64,000 bases of DNA from an uncultured Pelagibacteraceae bacterium. Lineage in GTDB: Bacteria > Pseudomonadota > Alphaproteobacteria > Pelagibacterales > Pelagibacteraceae. Of the stretch, positions 58,694 through 64,000 are shown in pieces. Position numbers and translations under genes: made by a program. The stretch is from positions 20,602 through 84,601 of the forward strand of contig CACCGK010000002.1 of NCBI GenBank assembly GCA_902545555.1. The letters run 5' to 3'. How positions within the stretch are numbered: the stretch's first letter is position 1; each line of letters starts with the position of its first letter. The notes below the pieces were generated by a model that was given only the letters and a program-made list of their open reading frames with translations, made no database searches and had not been told where the DNA came from.

Positions 58694-61345
58694 ATGGAAC
58701 ATTTATTTTTAGCTTTACTGGTAATTATAATGATTGGAGCTTTGGCATCTGGTTTTCCAGTAGCTTTTGCATTACCTGGATCAGCAATAATTTCAATAGG
58801 ATTAGCTGCTTTTTTCGGTTATTTATTTGCAGGAGACCCCAGTGCTTATTTTGCTGTTGATGGGCCTAAAGAATGGTTAACCGCTGGTATTACTAATTTT
58901 AGGAGTAATTATTGGGATGTAGAAACTGACACCTTAATTGCGATCCCATTGTTTATCTTTATGGGGATAATGTTGCAAAAATCAAAAATTGCAGAAGACC
59001 TTTTAGTTACTATGGGACAACTATTTGGACCAATTCCAGGAGGACTTGGTATTTCTGTTATCTTTGTTGGTGCATTACTTGCAGCAACAACTGGAATTGT
59101 TGGAGCAACAGTAATAGCAATGGGACTAATTTCTTTGCCCACAATGCTAAATAATAAATACGATAAAAGACTAGCAAGTGGAATTGTTTGTTCCTCTGGA
59201 ACACTTGGTCAAATTATACCTCCTTCAATTGTCTTAATTATAATTGCCGATCAATTGGCAAGTGCCGCTGACGTTGCAAATACTATGCGTCAGACTGATT
59301 ATAAAATTTTAACTGGCGAATTTAATATGCCTGGAGAATTTAGAGTAGGGTCTACTTCAGCTGGAGATATGTTTTTAGGTGCATTATTACCTGGATTAGT
59401 TTTGGTTGGTTTGTATATGCTTTACATATTTGTGTATGCAAGATTAAACCCAAAAGCAGCTCCTCCTGTACCGTTCAAAGGAAATTTTGACACTAAATTT
59501 TGGATCAAAGTTATATTAGTAATTATTCCACCACTTGCCCTAATCTTTGCAGTTTTAGGATCTATACTTATGGGTATTGCTACTGTAAATCAGGCTGGAT
59601 CAATAGGTGCTATTGGTGCAACAATGATGGCAGGCTACAGATTACATCAAGGTAAAAAGAATGCTTACTATCCAATAATTATTGCAATTGTATCTTTAAT
59701 TCCAATTTATTTTTTATCTAAAAATTATAACTTAAATATTAAAGCTGTTGACACTAGAGATCTAGGCGCAATATTAATTGCATTATTTTTTACAATTACA
59801 TTTTTAGCTAGTGTTATATGGAGTTTTTGGAGAGCATTTAAAATAGATGATGTTTTAAAAGAAGTTGTTGTAGAAACTTGTGTAACCACCTCAATGGTAT
59901 TTATAATTCTACTCGGAGCAGCAATGCTAACCTCTGGATTTAGAGCATTTGGAGGTGAAGAGTTAGTAAGAGACTTTCTTCAGGATTTACCAGGAGGATT
60001 TTGGACCCAATTCGTTGTTGTAATGGTAGTTATCTTTTTATTAGGTTTTTTTCTAGATTTTATAGAAATAGCTGTAGTTGTTGTTCCTATTATTGCTCCT
60101 ATATTATTAGCTGAACCAGGAGCTAATGTAAGTGCAATTTGGCTTGGTGTAATGATTGGGGTGAATTTACAAACCTCATTTTTAACACCACCATTTGGTT
60201 TTGCATTATTTTACTTAAAAGGTGTAGCTTCAAAACTTGTTACTACTTTAAATATTTGGAAAGGTGTGGTTCCATTCATTATTTTACAATTAATAGGCCT
60301 TGGAATTGTCGGTTTCTATCCATCATTAGTAAACTATCTACCAGCAAGAACATATTTAACATCGAACGTTGCTCCACCACCGATGAATCCAAAGCTACAA
60401 TATTGCTTACAAGAGTACAAATTTGCGATTTACAACACTGAAGAACAAAGAATTACCAATGCAATAAAAGACATGCAGAAATTAACTCCTGCAAAGCTTC
60501 CAATGGATAAATTAGATATTTTTGAAGAGCATTTTGATAATGCGCTTGGGACGTTTGCTATTGTTAAAAAACTTCAAAAAACGGAACAAGAATATGAATT
60601 ATTTACAAAAGATTATAGGGACTTGCATTTCAATGTAAGAAAAATTGAGAAAAAAATTAGAAAAATAGACCAGAAAATTAAAAAAACAAAAGCTGAAATT
60701 AGAAATTTAGATGATGATGACTTTTCAGATAAAAATAAATTAGAATTAAAGATCGAGAATTACGAGCTAGAAATTAAAGAACTTCAAAATAAAGTTCCTG
60801 AAAGTTGGAAAGCTAAAAATGGAGAGTTTGAAATATTGCACAAAGCAAAAAACACAAGAACTAAAAGATATAGAAAAAACGTTGATGAAGCATATGAAAC
60901 TCTGGATCAAATAGTAATGTTTATAAATGATAATGAAAAATTAAAAGAACTTTCACCAGAAATAAAAGAATTAAAATATAATATTGATAATAAAAATTAT
61001 GAAAACGCAATATCAATAATTGATAATCTTTTTGAAAAACTAGGAGAAATTTCTGGAACCGAAGAATTTGCAAATAAATTAGATGACCTAATATCTGTTA
61101 TAGATAATGATGAGGTAGATGAGCAAAAATTGTCTGAAGTAAGTTCAGAGACTTTTGATCTTTTCAATTTAGAAGTTTCATGGAGAGACGATGCTAATAA
61201 GAATTTGATGCCTGAATTAATTAAATATAATGATGTTATCAAACATAATATTGGTCTTAGACTTCAAAACAGATTAACTAAAGAGCAAGCTAAATTTGTT
61301 GCAAGATGTAACTCAGTTCACCGAGATATATCTTTAAACTTTTAA
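58694..61345 (+). CDS. dctM: TRAP large permease DctM with long C-terminal soluble coiled-coil extension
   Basis: GFPVAF, AIPLFIFMG, GQIIPPSI, LQTSFLTPPFG, then about 330 hydrophilic residues. Confidence 0.9.
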   Translation: MEHLFLALLVIIMIGALASGFPVAFALPGSAIISIGLAAFFGYLFAGDPSAYFAVDGPKEWLTAGITNFRSNYWDVETDTLIAIPLFIFMGIMLQKSKIAEDLLVTMGQLFGPIPGGLGISVIFVGALLAATTGIVGATVIAMGLISLPTMLNNKYDKRLASGIVCSSGTLGQIIPPSIVLIIIADQLASAADVANTMRQTDYKILTGEFNMPGEFRVGSTSAGDMFLGALLPGLVLVGLYMLYIFVYARLNPKAAPPVPFKGNFDTKFWIKVILVIIPPLALIFAVLGSILMGIATVNQAGSIGAIGATMMAGYRLHQGKKNAYYPIIIAIVSLIPIYFLSKNYNLNIKAVDTRDLGAILIALFFTITFLASVIWSFWRAFKIDDVLKEVVVETCVTTSMVFIILLGAAMLTSGFRAFGGEELVRDFLQDLPGGFWTQFVVVMVVIFLLGFFLDFIEIAVVVVPIIAPILLAEPGANVSAIWLGVMIGVNLQTSFLTPPFGFALFYLKGVASKLVTTLNIWKGVVPFIILQLIGLGIVGFYPSLVNYLPARTYLTSNVAPPPMNPKLQYCLQEYKFAIYNTEEQRITNAIKDMQKLTPAKLPMDKLDIFEEHFDNALGTFAIVKKLQKTEQEYELFTKDYRDLHFNVRKIEKKIRKIDQKIKKTKAEIRNLDDDDFSDKNKLELKIENYELEIKELQNKVPESWKAKNGEFEILHKAKNTRTKRYRKNVDEAYETLDQIVMFINDNEKLKELSPEIKELKYNIDNKNYENAISIIDNLFEKLGEISGTEEFANKLDDLISVIDNDEVDEQKLSEVSSETFDLFNLEVSWRDDANKNLMPELIKYNDVIKHNIGLRLQNRLTKEQAKFVARCNSVHRDISLNF

Positions 61346-61384
61346 TTCTTTGGAATTTGTTTTTTTATCATTCTTCGATGAGAA

Positions 61385-62968
61385 TTAATATCCTTTTGCA
61401 TACCCATCTTTTCTAGGATCTGATCCACCTATGAGATCACCTTCACTTCTATTTATTTTTATCGCTTGGCCCCCACCATGGGTACCATCAAAATATTCTA
61501 CATTATGACCTATTTCTTTGAGTTCATTGAAAATTTCTTTATCAACAGTTTTTTCTAGTTTGTAAATATTATTAAAATGAAAAGCTCTTGGAAAATTCAA
61601 AGCTTCTTGTGGTCCCATTCCAAAATCAATCATATTATTTAAAACATGAACTTGTCCCACTGGTTGATATTGGCCTCCCATAACGCCATAACTTAAAGTT
61701 GCTTTGTTGTTTTTATCAATAAGCATACCAGGAATAATAGTATGTAACGGTCTTTTTAAGCCTGCTATACAGTTTGGATGTCCATTTTCTACTCTGAAAT
61801 TTGTACCCCTATTATGTAAAAGTATTCCACTTTTATTTGTAGTAATACCTGATCCGAATACATAACAAACAGAATTGATTATTGATACACTATTTAAATC
61901 TTTATCTACTACTGTTAAATATATTGTTTCTGGATGAGCTGGAATATTTAAGTCACCAACATCACTGCATGAATTTAAGTTAATTTTATTAAAAATTTCC
62001 TCAATATTTTTATCACTTAAAATTTCTTCTAAATTAAAGTTAACAAAATTTGGATCGCCTAAAATATTTTCTTTAACTTTATAAGCTTGTTTTGTAACTT
62101 CTGCTTCAAGATGGAATCTTTCTGTGCTATTAAATTTATAATTTTGAATATTTAATTTTTCTAACAATTTCATCATAATCAATACTGTAACACCAGGACC
62201 ATTGGGAGGGCATTGATGAATAAAATCACCCTTATAATTAGATTTGATTGTATCTGATCTTATTGTACTCTGTTTTGAAAAATCCTCAAAAGTATGTACA
62301 CCACCTAATTCATTTAAAGTTTCAATTATATCTTTTGCAATTTCTCCTTCATAAAATTCTTTACTTCCTTTTTTGCTAATTGCTTCAAGTGTTTCTCCTA
62401 AAGCAATATTTTTCATTAATTCATTTTCTTGATAAGTACGACCATCTTTCAAAAAAATTTTTTTTGAATTTTCATTACCATTGATTTTATTCAAACTATT
62501 TTTCCAAGCATTTGATACGACTTTTGTAACTCTATGGCCATTCTTTGCTATATTAATTGCACCTAAAAATAATTGTTCAAAATCTAGCTTACCAAATTCC
62601 TTATGAATTTTTTCCCAAGCATTCAGTGCACCAGGAATTGTGACTGAATGTGGACTAGTTAATCCAATTTTATCAATATGCTTATCCTTAAAAAAATCAT
62701 AATTTAATTTTTCAGGCGCTAAACCTGATCCATTAAAAGACACAGCATCCTTGTTATCCATTTTAACTATTGCAAAACAGTCGCCACCAATACTCGTTGC
62801 ATTAGGCTCTACTACAGATAAAACAATCGAGGCAGCAATTGAAGCATCTACTGCATTTCCTCCCATTTTAAGTATTTTCAATGCTTCTTCTGTAGCTAAA
62901 GGATGTGAAGTTGCAGCCATTGCATTTGAAGAACGTGCATCTTTGACTTTTGTTGATTGATTATTCAT
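61385..62968 (-). CDS. ggt: Gamma-glutamyltransferase family protein
   Basis: GGNAVDA, SIGGD, VTIPG, PPNGPG, ETIYL (Ntn Thr), RPLHTIIP, GVMGG, GGSDPRKDG. Confidence 0.92.
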   Translation of the reverse strand: MNNQSTKVKDARSSNAMAATSHPLATEEALKILKMGGNAVDASIAASIVLSVVEPNATSIGGDCFAIVKMDNKDAVSFNGSGLAPEKLNYDFFKDKHIDKIGLTSPHSVTIPGALNAWEKIHKEFGKLDFEQLFLGAINIAKNGHRVTKVVSNAWKNSLNKINGNENSKKIFLKDGRTYQENELMKNIALGETLEAISKKGSKEFYEGEIAKDIIETLNELGGVHTFEDFSKQSTIRSDTIKSNYKGDFIHQCPPNGPGVTVLIMMKLLEKLNIQNYKFNSTERFHLEAEVTKQAYKVKENILGDPNFVNFNLEEILSDKNIEEIFNKINLNSCSDVGDLNIPAHPETIYLTVVDKDLNSVSIINSVCYVFGSGITTNKSGILLHNRGTNFRVENGHPNCIAGLKRPLHTIIPGMLIDKNNKATLSYGVMGGQYQPVGQVHVLNNMIDFGMGPQEALNFPRAFHFNNIYKLEKTVDKEIFNELKEIGHNVEYFDGTHGGGQAIKINRSEGDLIGGSDPRKDGYAKGY

Positions 62969-62997
62969 AATAATGATTAATTCTCAAAAATTTATAA

Positions 62998-64000
62998 ATG
63001 ATTACTAAAGTAAATAAAAGCATTATCATATTTTGTGTTTTCGCCTTTGGATTTTTACTGTCTAATCTGGTTAGATCTATAACTGCAACTTTAACTTCCG
63101 TTCTTACTTCTGAGTTTGATCTAACTGCAGGAAATCTGGGATTATTGGCAGGAGGATATTTTATTGGTTTTTCGATAATGCAAATCCCTGCAGGGCTTTT
63201 ATTAGATAAAATTGGACCAAAAAAGGTAATTGGTTATTTTTTAATAATAGCATTGATTGGAACAATATCATTTGCACTTGCAAAAAGTTTTACTGGATTA
63301 TTTGTATCTAGAATATTTATTGGTATTGGTGTCAGTGCTTGCATGATGGGACCTCTTACTGGATATAGAGTATGGTTTGCAGAAAAATATCAACAGAGAG
63401 CAAATTCTTGGATGTTGATGGTAGCAAATTTTGGATTTGTGTCGTCAACTTTACCGGTTCAAATACTATTACCGTATATTGGATGGAGATGGATTTTTAT
63501 TTTAATAGCTATACTTATTTTATTTAGCATAATTTTAATTTTCTTATTAATTCCTAATTGGGAGAAAAAAGAGATCACATCAACAAAATCTGAAAAAGAG
63601 TCATTAAGACAAATATGGAAAAATAAATTTTTTATCAGCATGATTCCTCTTGCATTCATTAATTATGGAGGAATTCAAGCAATTCAAACTCTATGGGCTG
63701 GTCCATGGATGTTAAATATTACCGGATATACACCTCTTCAAAGTGCCACAGGTTTATTTTGGATAAATATTACTATGTTGATTTCATATTTTATTTGGGG
63801 ATATGTTTTACCAAAAATTTCAGAATACGGTATTAGCAGTATTAAAATAATTAAATTGGGCCTGCCAATTAGTTACTTTTCGTTATTCCTTATTATTTAT
63901 TTTGGTAATAATGCAGGAGCATTTTTATTTACTTTATACATAATGACATCAATTGTAATTTCATTAACTCAGCCAGCAATTGCGCTAAACTTTTCAAAAA
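62998..64000 (+). CDS. MFS transporter, partial (runs off the window end)
   Basis: Not in the ORF track. From ATG 62998: MITKVNKSIIIFCVFAFGFLLS...MQIPAGLLLDKIGPKK (MFS motif A), open to the window end. Confidence 0.88.
   Translation, partial: MITKVNKSIIIFCVFAFGFLLSNLVRSITATLTSVLTSEFDLTAGNLGLLAGGYFIGFSIMQIPAGLLLDKIGPKKVIGYFLIIALIGTISFALAKSFTGLFVSRIFIGIGVSACMMGPLTGYRVWFAEKYQQRANSWMLMVANFGFVSSTLPVQILLPYIGWRWIFILIAILILFSIILIFLLIPNWEKKEITSTKSEKESLRQIWKNKFFISMIPLAFINYGGIQAIQTLWAGPWMLNITGYTPLQSATGLFWINITMLISYFIWGYVLPKISEYGISSIKIIKLGLPISYFSLFLIIYFGNNAGAFLFTLYIMTSIVISLTQPAIALNFSK

Noticed and set aside
10452-63659. Short antisense or off-frame ORFs in the track (e.g. 10452, 13720, 14809, 19497, 20788, 21514, 24366, 27883, 32460, 32856, 35529, 35621, 37908, 39965, 40504, 42206, 44478, 45223, 45844, 46833, 47521, 49130, 49653, 49972, 51659, 56840, 58909, 60139, 60997, 62751, 63459)
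   Set aside because: All lie within or largely overlap well-supported genes and show no recognisable motifs; treated as shadow ORFs
1-64000. CRISPR arrays, prophage or anti-phage defence genes
   Set aside because: No regularly spaced repeats, and no cas, phage or nuclease motifs recognised; the EVE gene sits in its usual housekeeping context

Overview
Very AT-rich, gene-dense, streamlined alphaproteobacterial chromosome segment. Gene content, tiny or overlapping intergenic spaces and protein sequences are most consistent with SAR11 (Pelagibacterales); this taxonomy is inferred, not searched. From left to right: a heparinase-like gene and rpe; an acetate locus (DUF4212-actP-like symporter, and acs with a polybasic N-terminal repeat); tsaD/hemCD/mscS/yggT/folD; an inserted haloacetate dehalogenase-TauD dioxygenase-AEC transporter cassette; a putative light/UV-repair island (Fe-S-less bacterial (6-4)-type photolyase, DUF2256, a CRTAC1-like FG-GAP protein, a 10-Cys secreted protein, pcs, a domain-inverted photolyase); argG and housekeeping genes; a candidate structured RNA before ccmCDEFGH; a glycolate cluster (lldD-like, aminotransferase, glcDEF, glyoxylate reductase, mmsB); an AcoR-like GAF-HTH regulator lacking its sigma54 AAA+ domain, divergent from a Zn-ADH plus GlpS/T-type ABC importer; and two TRAP systems with a shared 5' regulatory/leader module, flanking an amidase and followed by ggt and an MFS gene. 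No rRNA, tRNA, CRISPR array or mobile element was recognised. All calls come from motif recognition by eye; no database searches were run.
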